Positions 17,610 to 27,803 of a stretch of DNA of 64,000 nucleotides are shown piece after piece. The DNA comes from Planctomycetota bacterium. Lineage in GTDB: Bacteria > Planctomycetota > UBA1135 > UBA2386. The stretch lies in contig OZ245838.1 of assembly GCA_965228735.1 (NCBI GenBank), positions 3,584,001-3,648,000 of the forward strand, read 5' to 3'. The stretch's first letter is position 1. The number at the start of each line of letters is the position of its first letter. Position numbers and translations under genes: made by a program. A model generated the notes under the pieces. The model did no database searches and had not been told where the DNA came from. It saw only the letters and a program-made list of their open reading frames with translations.

Positions 17610-18209
17610 ATGGGACGCTTCGACGCCGCCTACTACGAGAAGTTCTACGAGGACCGCAAGACGTGCGTCAGCGACCTCGCGGCGGTCCGGCGCCTCGCGC
17701 GCTTCGTGGCGGGCTACGTGGCCCACCTCGACGTTCCAGTGCGCTCGATCCTCGACGTCGGTTGCGGCGTGGGCCACTGGCGCACCGTCGCCGCCGAGCT
17801 GTGGCCCCGGGCGAAGTATCACGGCGTCGAGGTCAGCGAGTATCTCTGTGACAAGTTCGGGTGGACGCACGCGTCGATCGTCGATCTCGACCCCACGCGC
17901 TTGCGGAAGGACGGCTCGTTCGACCTCGTGATCTGCCAGGGCGTGCTGCAATACCTGCCGGACCGCCAGGCCGCGCGCGCCATCCAGAACCTCGGCGACT
18001 GGTGCGGCGGCGCGCTCTACCTCGAGGCGCTGACGGAACGGGACTGGCGCGAGAACTGCGACCGGAATCGCACGGACGGTGACGTGCACCTGCGGGCCGG
18101 CGCGTGGTATCGCAAACGCCTCGCCCGGCGCTTCGACGCGTGCGGCGGTGGCGTGTTCGTGAGCCGCGAGGCGGGCGTCACGTTGTTCGAACTGGAGGGA
18201 CAGGAATGA
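17610..18209 (+). CDS. Class I SAM-dependent methyltransferase
   Basis: FDAAYYEKFY, ILDVGCGVG, FDLVICQGVLQYL. Confidence 0.88.
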   Translation: MGRFDAAYYEKFYEDRKTCVSDLAAVRRLARFVAGYVAHLDVPVRSILDVGCGVGHWRTVAAELWPRAKYHGVEVSEYLCDKFGWTHASIVDLDPTRLRKDGSFDLVICQGVLQYLPDRQAARAIQNLGDWCGGALYLEALTERDWRENCDRNRTDGDVHLRAGAWYRKRLARRFDACGGGVFVSREAGVTLFELEGQE

Positions 18210-20125
18210 CGACGATGGACTTCTTCGGCCACCAGCAACGCGCACGCTCGGCCTCGAAGTGGCTCGTCGTGCTGTTCGTGCTCGCGGTCGTCTCGATCAT
18301 CGTCCTGGTATACCTCGTCGCGATCGTCACGCTCAACGTCAGCGACGTGCGCGGCGGCGTGTGGCAGCCCGCGGTGTTCTTCGCCGTCGCCGGCGGGGTC
18401 GTCGCGACCGTCGTGATCGCGATGCTGTTCAAGACGACGCAGCTGAGCGCGGGCGGCGGCACGGTGGCCCAGATGATGGGCGGCCGCCGCGTCGACCCCG
18501 CGACCACGGACCATCTGGACAAGGTGCTGCACAACGTCGTCGAGGAGATGGCGATCGCGTCCGGCATCCCGGTGCCCGAGGTCTACGTGCTCGACGGCGA
18601 ACCGGGCATGAACGCGTTCGCCGCGGGCTGGGGCACCGAGGACGCCGCGGTCGCCGTCACGCGTGGCCTGCTCGAGAACCTCGACCGCGACGAGCTGCAG
18701 GGCGTGATCGCGCACGAGTTCAGCCACGTCTTCCACGGCGACATGCGGCTCAACATCCGCCTCATGGGCGTGCTGTTCGGCATCATGTGCCTCACGACGA
18801 TCGGCCGGATCCTGCTCTATTCCGGCGGCGGCCGCGACCGCAAGAACGGCGGCGGGGTGGTCGTCTTCGGCCTCGCGCTGGTCCTCATCGGTTTCCTCGG
18901 CGTGCTGTTCGCGCGGTTGATCCAGGCCGCGGTCTCGCGGCAGCGCGAGTACCTCGCCGACGCCAGCGCGGTCGCCTACACGCGCAACCCGCGCGGCATC
19001 GGCATGGCGCTCGCCAAGATCGGCGGCATCGGCTCCGTCGTCGAGAACGCCCATGCCGACGAGACGAGCCACATGATGTTCGCGACCGGCGTGAAGAGCC
19101 TCATCGGCGGCGCGTTCGCGACCCACCCGCCGATCGTGGATCGCGTCACGCGCGTGCTGCCGGCGGTCAAATCGGTGCTGCAGCAGTCGGAATCCATGGC
19201 TGCCGCGGTCGATTCCGTCGCGCCACCCGCCGGCGCGGCAGGGTTCGCAGGCGGTGCCGCTCGCGCTCCCGGCGCCGCAGCCGGCGGCGTCCGCTCGAGC
19301 GCGTTGCTCGAGCACGTCGGCGACCCGCAGCCCGAGCACGTCGCAGCCGCACGCGAACTCATCGAGCAGCTGCCGCTCGACCTCGTCGCCGCCGCGCACG
19401 ACCCCAACGAGGCGCCCGCGCTCGTGCTCGCGATGCTGTTCGACCGCGACTCCAGGGCCCGCGACGCGCAGCTCGAGCAGCTCGCCGAACGCGACACGCC
19501 CGCGATTCAACGCGCCCGGATGTTCGTGCCCACCCTCGGGCAGGCCGGCGAGCGCGCGCTCCTGCCGCTGCTCGAGATGGCGATCCCCGCGCTCCGTCGG
19601 CTGCCGGCGGCAGAACGCGAACAGCTGCGGCGCACGGCGCGCCACCTCGCAGAGGCCGACGAAGAGATCACCCCGTTCGAGTTCGCGTTGCTCAAGACGA
19701 TCGAGAAGTTCGTGCCCGCGAGCGGTGACGGCGCCCGACCGACGCAGAACCGGCGGCGCCCGACCGCGCTCGCGCAGCACGGCGACGCGATCGCGGTCGT
19801 GCTGTCGACGCTCGCCCGCGCCGGCACCGAGGACGAGGCCGAGATCGAACGCGCGTTCACGACCGCGGCACGTCATCTCGCGATCCCGAGCAACCTCAAC
19901 CTGCTGCCGCCGGCGCAGTCGACGGTCATCGCGCTGGAGCGCAGCCTCGACGAGCTCGAGCCGGTGTCGCCCCACGGCAAACGCAACCTGCTCGCAGCAT
20001 GCGTCGCGGCAGCCGGCGCCGACGGCACGATCCTGCCGAGCGAGGCCGATCTCCTGCGCGCGATCGCGGAGCTGTGGGACTGCCCGATCCCGCTCGTCGT
20101 CAGTCACGCCGCCGCGAACGCTTGA
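18206..20125 (+). CDS. M48 (HtpX-like) membrane zinc metalloprotease with C-terminal extension
   Basis: MDFFGHQQRAR, NVVEEMAIASG, NAFAAG, HEFSH (HExxH), SRQREYLADA, FATHPP; ATGA overlap. Confidence 0.92.
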   Translation: MTTMDFFGHQQRARSASKWLVVLFVLAVVSIIVLVYLVAIVTLNVSDVRGGVWQPAVFFAVAGGVVATVVIAMLFKTTQLSAGGGTVAQMMGGRRVDPATTDHLDKVLHNVVEEMAIASGIPVPEVYVLDGEPGMNAFAAGWGTEDAAVAVTRGLLENLDRDELQGVIAHEFSHVFHGDMRLNIRLMGVLFGIMCLTTIGRILLYSGGGRDRKNGGGVVVFGLALVLIGFLGVLFARLIQAAVSRQREYLADASAVAYTRNPRGIGMALAKIGGIGSVVENAHADETSHMMFATGVKSLIGGAFATHPPIVDRVTRVLPAVKSVLQQSESMAAAVDSVAPPAGAAGFAGGAARAPGAAAGGVRSSALLEHVGDPQPEHVAAARELIEQLPLDLVAAAHDPNEAPALVLAMLFDRDSRARDAQLEQLAERDTPAIQRARMFVPTLGQAGERALLPLLEMAIPALRRLPAAEREQLRRTARHLAEADEEITPFEFALLKTIEKFVPASGDGARPTQNRRRPTALAQHGDAIAVVLSTLARAGTEDEAEIERAFTTAARHLAIPSNLNLLPPAQSTVIALERSLDELEPVSPHGKRNLLAACVAAAGADGTILPSEADLLRAIAELWDCPIPLVVSHAAANA

Positions 20126-20316
20126 CGCGAGGCGATCGGACGCTGCTGCCGGACGTTCGCCGCATCGTCGACGCCCCGATCGAGCGGGGCGGTCCCGCTT
20201 CGAGACGATAGGGGATGACCCCAACACCGGCGGCTGCGCCGCAGACGATGCCCGCCATGCCGTGGCATCCGCCGCGGTCGGCGCGCTTCGGATGCGCCAC
20301 ACGCAGAGGATCGACC

Positions 20317-21039
20317 ATGACCACCCAGACCGCCGCCACCGAACCGCGTTCGATCAACCGACTCGCGCGCACGGTGCACGAACTGCGCACCCCACTCACA
20401 TCCGTGATCGCGACGCTGGAGCTGCTCAAGCTCGAGAGCGTGACTCGTGACGAGGCCGAGGACCTGCTCGAGGGCGCCACCGCTGCCGCCCTGCATCTCG
20501 ATCATCTGATCGGCGACATCCTCGACGAGGAGGCGATCGCGTCGGGCCGTCTGCGCCTCGTGCAGGGCCGCCACCGGGTTCGGGATCTGCTCGACGAAGT
20601 CGCGCGGATCATCGGCCTGCAGGCGATCGATCGCGGCATCCACCTGATTCTGGACGAGCCGGACCTGCGACTGCGCGTCCTGACGGATGAACGCCGTTTC
20701 GTGCAGGTCGCGCTCAACCTCATCGGCAACGCGCTGAAGTTCGCGCCGCGCGGCGGCCGCATCGAAGTACGGGTCCTGCCGTCGAAGAGCGCCGTGCGCT
20801 TCGAAGTGATGGACAACGGTCCCGGCGTGCCGCCAGCGACGCGCGACCAGCTGTTCGTTCCGTTCGCGCCGATCGCGCCGCACGCGCCGGTTCGCGGCAC
20901 GGGGCTCGGGCTGGCGCTGACGAAGCAGCTCACCCAGCTGCTCGGCGGCCAGATCGGGTTCGAGCCGGTGCGGCCGCACGGCTCCTGCTTTTGGTTCGAA
21001 GTCCCGCGCGCCGTTGCGCCGATGCCCGGCGCGACCTAA
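20317..21039 (+). CDS. Histidine kinase (HisKA + HATPase only)
   Basis: HELRTPLTS H-box, NLIGNALKF N-box, DNGPGV, GTGLGL; AGAGG upstream of ATG 20317. Confidence 0.9.
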   Translation: MTTQTAATEPRSINRLARTVHELRTPLTSVIATLELLKLESVTRDEAEDLLEGATAAALHLDHLIGDILDEEAIASGRLRLVQGRHRVRDLLDEVARIIGLQAIDRGIHLILDEPDLRLRVLTDERRFVQVALNLIGNALKFAPRGGRIEVRVLPSKSAVRFEVMDNGPGVPPATRDQLFVPFAPIAPHAPVRGTGLGLALTKQLTQLLGGQIGFEPVRPHGSCFWFEVPRAVAPMPGAT

Positions 21040-21049
21040 TCATGGGGTG

Positions 21050-21877
21050 ATGCGACGCGGACCCGGACCAGGCAGCAACTCCCTCGCAGCCGGTCTCGCG
21101 CTCGCGAGCGTCACGTCGGCGGTGCTCTCGTTCGGGCCCACGGCAACGGCCCAGGCGCCGGCCGTCGAGTTGCCGACGCGCTTCACCAACATCGGCGGCA
21201 CGTTCGCGCTCGACCTGCCGCGCGGCTTTCGCCAACTCGCGCCGAACGAGGCCCGGACGCTCGCCGAACGGAGCGACACTCCGCGCGATCTCCGGACGAC
21301 CTCGCCGCGCGCGTTCTACGCGGTCGGCGACGTCGACAGCTGGCTGCAGGAGGCCATCGCGAGCCCGTGGCTCTACGTGATGGAGCAGGAGCACGAGTGG
21401 CACATCGACGGCGACTTCCCGACGCTGCTGCGCGACCGCTGGACGAGCAACGGCAAGGAAACCGGCACGCAGTACGAGATCAGCGACGTGCGCGAGGCCG
21501 AGATCGGACCGGGCGCGCACTCGGTGTGGCTGGCGCTGCGGACCAGCCGGCCGACGTCCGGACCGGCGGTGCGCAGCCTCGACGTCTACGCGCCGACGGG
21601 CGGGCGCCAGGTCACCCTGTCGTTCTGCGCGTTCGAGCCGGACTTCGCGATCTGGCAGGCGACGTTCGAGCGCGCACTCGCGACCCTGACGTTCTCCCGC
21701 CCACCCCGGGGGGAGGTCAGCATGTCGGATCGGATGTGGACGCCGATCATCACGGGTGCCCTGGTCGGGCTCATCCTGCTCGTGCTCTACAAACACACCC
21801 GCAACCGCACCCGGCAAACCGGCGAACCGGGCAGCGCGCCGGATCGCCCACGAGATGGCCCACACGATGGTCCGTAG
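21050..21877 (+). CDS. Exported protein with C-terminal membrane anchor
   Basis: N-terminal signal-like segment (..ATAQAP) and C-terminal TM (PIITGALVGLILLVLY) followed by basic residues. Confidence 0.65.
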   Translation: MRRGPGPGSNSLAAGLALASVTSAVLSFGPTATAQAPAVELPTRFTNIGGTFALDLPRGFRQLAPNEARTLAERSDTPRDLRTTSPRAFYAVGDVDSWLQEAIASPWLYVMEQEHEWHIDGDFPTLLRDRWTSNGKETGTQYEISDVREAEIGPGAHSVWLALRTSRPTSGPAVRSLDVYAPTGGRQVTLSFCAFEPDFAIWQATFERALATLTFSRPPRGEVSMSDRMWTPIITGALVGLILLVLYKHTRNRTRQTGEPGSAPDRPRDGPHDGP

Positions 21878-22099
21878 AGCCCCCTCGGAGCGGCAACCAG
21901 CCCCGCACCCGGCCCCCCACCCCGGGTCGGTTGCCGCGGACCGTCACCCCGGATCGCCCCCCCGAGTTGAGTCCCGTGCCGGACCAGTTACGATTGCCCC
22001 CGATACACCGAGTCTCGCATCCCGTGGCGCGCTGCGCGACGGGCGGGCTCACCCCAGGCCGAGGCCTCACGCCCCGGCATCGCCCCGCGAGCCGACCGC

Positions 22100-23710
22100 A
22101 TGGTCCGGCTCGCGAACGACCCCCGACCCGTTGCCTTGAACAAGACCCCATCGCGCGAGAGCGAACGTAACCTCGACAAGCCGCTCGTCGAAGCCGGCAC
22201 CCAGTGCCGCAAGCGGCTCTGGCTCGACTATCACCAGCCCGTCGAGACCGAACTCAACGCCACCCGCCAGACGCTGTCCGCGGTCGGTCAGCGACTGCTC
22301 GAGCTCGCGCGCAGCGCGTTCCCGATGGGCGTGCTCATCGAGGAGGACTCGACGACGGCTGCGGCCGAGAAGACGCAGGAACTGCTGGCCGGCGACGCCC
22401 CCGTGCTGTTCGGCGCGACGTTCCAGAAGGACGGCGTCGAGGTCGAGTGCGACATCCTGGTGCGACACAAGGACGGCTTCTTCGATCTCTACGAGATCAA
22501 GTCCGGAACCAAGATCACGCAGCGCTACCTCAACGACCTCGCGCTGCAGGTTCACGTGCTGCAGGCGACGGGCGCCAAGCTCCGCGCCACGTTCCTGCTG
22601 CACCAGAACGCGCAGTACTCCCACACCGAGGACACCGACTTCCCGCCGATGCAGCTGCTGCGCAGTTCGGACGTGACGGCCAAGGTGCAGAAGCAGGTTC
22701 CGCACGTGGCGACCCGCGTCGCGGCGTTCCAGAAGCTCGTGGCCGAGTCCGAGGCGCCCACGCACCCGATGGGCACCTACTGCATCGCGCCGTCGCGGTG
22801 CCCGCACTTCGATGTCTGCGCCAAGGGCGCGGCCAAGAACCCGGTCTACGAACTGCCGGAGATCACGCGCCAGCAGGAAGGCGCGCTCGCGACCGACGGC
22901 CTGACCGACATTCGCGAGCTCGACGCCGACCGCAAGGGGCTGACCTACGCCCAGAAGCGCACGGTCGAAGCCGTCAAGACCGGCGAGCTCATCGTCGAGG
23001 ACTTCGTGCAGGAGGAGCTGCGCGAGTGCGAGTTCCCGCTGCACTTCGTCGCGCTGGCAACCGTCACCGACGCGCTGCCGCGTTTCACGGGCCAGCGGCC
23101 GTGGCGCCAGACGCCGTACGCCTGGAGCGCTCACACGCTGCACGAGGACGGCCGCATCGAGAACGCGTCGTTCGCGCTCGCCGACCGCACCGACCCGCGC
23201 GAAGCCGTGATGAAGGGCCTCGGCCGCCACGTCGAGACCGGCGGCACGATCGTGTGCTGGAACTCCGACAACATCGAGAGCATGCGCGCGTTGCTGGACG
23301 ACGCGCCGGCAGCCAAGCCGAGTGTCCGCACCGTTCTCGGCCGGCCGATCGTCGACCTGATGCAGCTGTTCGAGACCGGCGTGTTCCACCCCGAGCTGCG
23401 CGGACACTCGGACCTCGGCCGGTCGGTCGCGGCCCTGCTCGGTGACAAGAGCGGCAAGAAGCAGGCGGTGCAGGACGAGAACGACCTGCGCGAGCTGCTC
23501 GAGCGCACCTTCGCGCCGCGGGTGCGCGCGACGACCAAGCAGAAGGTCGCCGGTCAGATCGAGGAGTCGATGCGGTGGCGGAGCGAGCAGATGCTCGCGC
23601 TGTTCCGCAAGTTCGCCAAGTTCGAGGCGAACGGCGACCAGCCGGAGAAGAAGCGCCCCGGTTCGAAGAGTCCCAGCCCGGCCAAGACCCTGCCGCCGAT
23701 CGAAGAGTAG
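22100..23710 (+). CDS. DUF2779-containing RecB/PD-(D/E)xK nuclease-like protein
   Basis: QCRKRLWL, DIL..LYEIKSGT, DLALQ, YCIAPSRCPHFDVC, then a DUF2779-like region (ALPRFTGQRPWRQTPYAWSAH, DPRE, IVDLM). Confidence 0.82.
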   Translation: MVRLANDPRPVALNKTPSRESERNLDKPLVEAGTQCRKRLWLDYHQPVETELNATRQTLSAVGQRLLELARSAFPMGVLIEEDSTTAAAEKTQELLAGDAPVLFGATFQKDGVEVECDILVRHKDGFFDLYEIKSGTKITQRYLNDLALQVHVLQATGAKLRATFLLHQNAQYSHTEDTDFPPMQLLRSSDVTAKVQKQVPHVATRVAAFQKLVAESEAPTHPMGTYCIAPSRCPHFDVCAKGAAKNPVYELPEITRQQEGALATDGLTDIRELDADRKGLTYAQKRTVEAVKTGELIVEDFVQEELRECEFPLHFVALATVTDALPRFTGQRPWRQTPYAWSAHTLHEDGRIENASFALADRTDPREAVMKGLGRHVETGGTIVCWNSDNIESMRALLDDAPAAKPSVRTVLGRPIVDLMQLFETGVFHPELRGHSDLGRSVAALLGDKSGKKQAVQDENDLRELLERTFAPRVRATTKQKVAGQIEESMRWRSEQMLALFRKFAKFEANGDQPEKKRPGSKSPSPAKTLPPIEE

Positions 23711-23794
23711 GTCGCCCCGCTCTCCGAACCCGCCCGCCCGCCACGTTCTTCCGGCCCGCCCGCCCGCCGGGGTCGCCGGATGGCGCAGCCGGGG

Positions 23795-25624
23795 TCAGTC
23801 GCCGCGGCGCGAGACGATGACGTGATACGGCACGACGCGGCGCCCGGCGGCAGCGCCTGCCCCTCCGTCGTCGGCCGGCGGCCGATCCCCGTCGATGAGC
23901 AGGACGCGCAACGTCGCGTTCCCGGCCGGCACCTCGACGTCCTCGAAGACGATCGTGTCCGTCGGGCCGGCGAGGCGCATCTCGCGCTCGATGTCCCCGA
24001 CCCGCAAGACCGCGCGCACGTCGCGCAGCGGTCGCCGCGCGATGACTCGAATGTCGTGCCGGTGATCGCCCGCGAAGCTCAACAGCCACTCGCCATCGCT
24101 GCCCCAGCCGTTGCCCGCGAGCCGTCGCCAATCCTGCTTGGTCAACACGGTCTCCGGCGCGAGCCCGCTGCCCACGACGATGCGCGGCGGCGCGTAGTTG
24201 TTCGGCCGAGTCGCCGACACATCGGCGAACCAGTCGTCGTAGAACGACAGCATCGACCGCACGACTTCGGGATGCTCGCTCGCTACGTCCGACGTCTCGG
24301 CAGGGTCCGCAGCGAGGTCGTAGAGCTGCCACGGGGCATCGGCGTTCTCCGGTTCCCGCCGCCCGAAGCCCGTCGGCCGCACGAGCTTGAACCGCGGGCC
24401 GCGCACGGCGACGTGATGCCCATGCAGCGGGGTGTCACCGCGGTGCACCTGCAGGACGAGGGACCGTTCCGGCCAATCGTCCGATTCGACGTCATCGCGC
24501 AGGAGCGGCGCGAGGCTCGTGCCGTCGAGCTTCAACGCGGCCGGCGGCGTGACGTCTGCGAACTCCAGCAGGGTCGGAACGATGTCGATGTGGGCCCCGA
24601 ACCCGACGCGGCGCGGGCCCGGAACGACCCGGCCGGGCCAGCGCACGAACAGCGGCGACCGGATGCCGCCCTCCCAGACGGTGCCCTTCGTGCCGCGCAA
24701 CCCGCCGTTGAAGCGCGGCTGCTGCGGACCGTTGTCGTGCAGGTAGACGACGATCGTGTCGTCTGCGCGGCCGCTCGCCTCGAGCGCCGCGAGCAGCCGC
24801 CCGACGTTGTGGTCGATGTTCTCGACCATCGCATACACCGCCGCGACCTGCTCGCGCTGGTCGGAGCCCTCCGGCAGCACGGCGGCCAGGTCGCGCCCGA
24901 GGTACTTCTCGCGCAGAGCGTCCGGCACGTCGTGCAACGGCGTGTGCGGCGCGTTTGGCGCGAGGTAGACGAAGAACGGGTCGTCCTTCGCGGTCTCGAC
25001 GAAGTCGATCGCCGCGTCGAAGTAGACGTCCGTGCAGAAGCCGCTCGTGCGCACCGCGCGGTCGTTCTCGAACAGGATCGGGTCGGTGTAGCGGCGCGCG
25101 TTCTCACGCGGCTCCGACGGCTGCGCGAGCCCGCCGCCGCGATGGACGAGCGACGTCTCGAAACCCTGATCGGACGCGCGCATCGGGTAGCAGTCACCGA
25201 GATGCCACTTGCCGAAGATGCCGGTGCGATAACCGACCGATCCGAGCATCTCCGCGATCGTGGCCTCGCCCGGATCCATCATCGAGCGGCCGATCCACGT
25301 GTCGATGACGCGGGTCCGGTAGGCGTAGCGCCCGGTCAACAGCGACGCGCGCGTCGGCGAGCAGACGGGGCTCACGTAGAAGTGCTCGAGGCGCGCACTT
25401 TCGCCCGCGAGCCGGTCGAGATTGGGCGTGTCGAGCACGGCGTTGCCGTGGCAGCCGAGATCGCCGTAGCCCTGGTCATCGGTCATGATGACGATGATGT
25501 TGGGGCGAACCGCCGGCGTGGGTTCCGGCGACGACGCGCACCCACTACAGGCAATCAGCGCCGCGACGAGGAGCCCGAAACCGATGATCGACGGGGCGCG
25601 GTGGCGAGAGTAGTCAGGTTTCAC
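23795..25624 (-). CDS. Arylsulfatase (formylglycine-type), exported/lipoprotein
   Basis: PNIIVIMTDDQGYGD, CSPTRASLLTG (CxPxR), GKWHLG, DNG, KGTVWEGGIR; GTG start 25624 overlaps the RDD stop. Confidence 0.93.
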   Translation of the reverse strand: MKPDYSRHRAPSIIGFGLLVAALIACSGCASSPEPTPAVRPNIIVIMTDDQGYGDLGCHGNAVLDTPNLDRLAGESARLEHFYVSPVCSPTRASLLTGRYAYRTRVIDTWIGRSMMDPGEATIAEMLGSVGYRTGIFGKWHLGDCYPMRASDQGFETSLVHRGGGLAQPSEPRENARRYTDPILFENDRAVRTSGFCTDVYFDAAIDFVETAKDDPFFVYLAPNAPHTPLHDVPDALREKYLGRDLAAVLPEGSDQREQVAAVYAMVENIDHNVGRLLAALEASGRADDTIVVYLHDNGPQQPRFNGGLRGTKGTVWEGGIRSPLFVRWPGRVVPGPRRVGFGAHIDIVPTLLEFADVTPPAALKLDGTSLAPLLRDDVESDDWPERSLVLQVHRGDTPLHGHHVAVRGPRFKLVRPTGFGRREPENADAPWQLYDLAADPAETSDVASEHPEVVRSMLSFYDDWFADVSATRPNNYAPPRIVVGSGLAPETVLTKQDWRRLAGNGWGSDGEWLLSFAGDHRHDIRVIARRPLRDVRAVLRVGDIEREMRLAGPTDTIVFEDVEVPAGNATLRVLLIDGDRPPADDGGAGAAAGRRVVPYHVIVSRRGD

Positions 25625-26226
25625 GAGAGCTCGTTCTCGGTCGCGCCCGAGGCGCGAACGACCATCGTAGCAGTGACTCGGTCGTGCACCGTCCGCCGCC
25701 GGGAGTCGGCAATCAGCGCGATCGCGTAGATCAGGAGGAGCACGTACGGCGCCATATAGGTCCAGCGCCATTCGCCGGTCTCCCACCCCAGAAATTCTCC
25801 CGTCGAGCGGTCGACGAACGGGTTGTGCGGCAGATTGAGCGCGAGGTGCGCCGTCTCCCACGGCAGCAGCTTGATGATCGAACGCAAGACGCCGCGGCCG
25901 AGCGCGAACACCGCGCCATCGGTCGTGACGGTCCGCAGCCCGCACACCCGCTTGCCGATCGTCGCCCTCGCCGGCCCGCGGTCGAACCACGCGAAGTAGA
26001 GCATCGCGGGCGCCGAGATCGTCACGAGCACGTAGAGCTCGATCGCCCAACCCTGCCCGCGCCAACTCGTGTCGAGCTCGGATGCGAGCGGCGCGAACGC
26101 GAAGAACTGCGCCGCCATGAGCACGCTGTAGAGCAGCGTGCAGTCGAGCCAGTAGGCCAGCACGCGGCGCAGGATGCCCGCCGGCCGGCCGATCCCGACG
26201 CCATCATCCGAATCGAACGCCGTCAT
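25621..26226 (-). CDS. RDD family membrane protein
   Basis: AGILRRVLAYWLD, ATIGKRVCGLR, RRTVHDRVTATMVV. Confidence 0.88.
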   Translation of the reverse strand: MTAFDSDDGVGIGRPAGILRRVLAYWLDCTLLYSVLMAAQFFAFAPLASELDTSWRGQGWAIELYVLVTISAPAMLYFAWFDRGPARATIGKRVCGLRTVTTDGAVFALGRGVLRSIIKLLPWETAHLALNLPHNPFVDRSTGEFLGWETGEWRWTYMAPYVLLLIYAIALIADSRRRTVHDRVTATMVVRASGATENELS

Positions 26227-27803
26227 TCGCCCGTTCCCCCGGTGCGAGCCTGCAGCCGTCGTTCGACCAGGCCGAGCCCCGCGTCAGCGAGGACGGCGAG
26301 CAACGCGGCCGGGACGGCGCCGCTGAGGATCAGCGCGTGATCATCGAGATACAGTCCCTCGACGATCGGTCCGCCGAGTCCGCCAGCACCGATGAACGCC
26401 GCGAGCGTCGCGACGCCGATGCTGATGACGGTGGCCGTGCGAATCCCGGCCATGATCGTCCGCGCCGCCAGCGGCAGCTGCACGTGCAGGAGGATCTGCC
26501 GCGGCGTGAGTCCCATACCGCGCGCCGCGTCGACCAGGTCGGGATCGACCTCGACGATGCCGGTGTAGGTGTTCCGCAGGATCGGCAGCAGCGCGTAGAG
26601 CAACAGCGCAGTCACCGCGGCTTCGACGGACAGGCCGAAGACGGGAATCATGAAGGCGAGCAACGCGAGGCTCGGCACCGTCTGCATCACGCCTGCGAAG
26701 CCGAGCGCGAACCGCCCGAACTGACGCCGCCCGACGATCGCGATGCCGGTCGGGATCGCGACCGCGGCCGCGAGCAACACCGCGATCAGCGTGAGTCCCA
26801 GGTGCTGCAGCCCGAGCCACAGCGTGGCGACGGAGAACACGAGCTCGAAGAACCCCGGGCGGGGCCGCGCGTCGACCTCGTCCGCGGCCTCGAGCAAGCC
26901 CTCGGCGACCAGGAACTCCCGCGCCACCGCGGCCGCGTCGCGACCGTCGACCTCGACCCCGACGTTGAGAGCCTGCGCGGTCGCGTCGTCGATCCGGAAC
27001 GCGAGACGCCGGAGCACGACCGCGACCTCGGGATGGTCGCGCAATACCGCGCCGCGCACCACCGGTGCGGCGTGGTAGGGCGGGAAGAACTGCCGATCGT
27101 CGTCCAGCACGCGCAAGCCGTAGCGCAAGAGCTTGCCGTCCGTGCTGTAGGCATCGATGACATCGATCGCGCCGGACTGGATCGCTTCGTAGGCCAGGCT
27201 GTGCTCGACCGTGCGAACCGAGCCGAACTCGAGGCCATAGGTCGCGACGAGACCGCGCAGACCGTCCGGCCGACTACCGAATTCGAAACCGAATCCGGCG
27301 CGAAGCCGGTCATCGTGCGCCAGCAGGTCCGAGATCCGCACGATGCCGAGCTCGGCGGCCCTGGCCTCGGTCATGGCGAGCGCGTAGGTGTTGTCGAGCC
27401 CGAACGGCTGCAACCACTCGAGGTCGAACTCGTCGCGATAGCGCTGCTGGACCCGCAGGAACGCCCGCAACGGATCCGTGATCTTGCCGGCCTCCCGGAG
27501 CACGGTCGCCCAGCCCGTGCCCGTGTACTCGGCGTAGAGATCGATCTCGCCGGCGCGGACCGCGGCCTGACAGACCATCGTGCCCGTGAGCCCGAAGCGG
27601 CGTTCGACCGCGAGGTCCGTGTGTTCCTCGAGCATCTGCGCCATCAGCTCGCCGAGGATCACCGACTCCGTGAAGCTCTTCGAGCCGATGACGATCCGGG
27701 CGGGCGCCGCACCGGCCGCGTCACTCTGCGCGGCGAGCGGCACGCTGACGGGCGCGAACGCGAAGACGGCGGCCCACCAGGCGGCGCGAACGAACGCGTT
27801 CAC
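26223..27803 (-). CDS. Osmoprotectant (glycine betaine/choline-type) ABC transporter, fused substrate-binding + permease
   Basis: IGSKSFTESVILGE, EYTGT, FFPPY, then permease QTVPSLALL, DAARGMG, IGAGGLG. Confidence 0.93.
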   Translation of the reverse strand: MNAFVRAAWWAAVFAFAPVSVPLAAQSDAAGAAPARIVIGSKSFTESVILGELMAQMLEEHTDLAVERRFGLTGTMVCQAAVRAGEIDLYAEYTGTGWATVLREAGKITDPLRAFLRVQQRYRDEFDLEWLQPFGLDNTYALAMTEARAAELGIVRISDLLAHDDRLRAGFGFEFGSRPDGLRGLVATYGLEFGSVRTVEHSLAYEAIQSGAIDVIDAYSTDGKLLRYGLRVLDDDRQFFPPYHAAPVVRGAVLRDHPEVAVVLRRLAFRIDDATAQALNVGVEVDGRDAAAVAREFLVAEGLLEAADEVDARPRPGFFELVFSVATLWLGLQHLGLTLIAVLLAAAVAIPTGIAIVGRRQFGRFALGFAGVMQTVPSLALLAFMIPVFGLSVEAAVTALLLYALLPILRNTYTGIVEVDPDLVDAARGMGLTPRQILLHVQLPLAARTIMAGIRTATVISIGVATLAAFIGAGGLGGPIVEGLYLDDHALILSGAVPAALLAVLADAGLGLVERRLQARTGGTGE

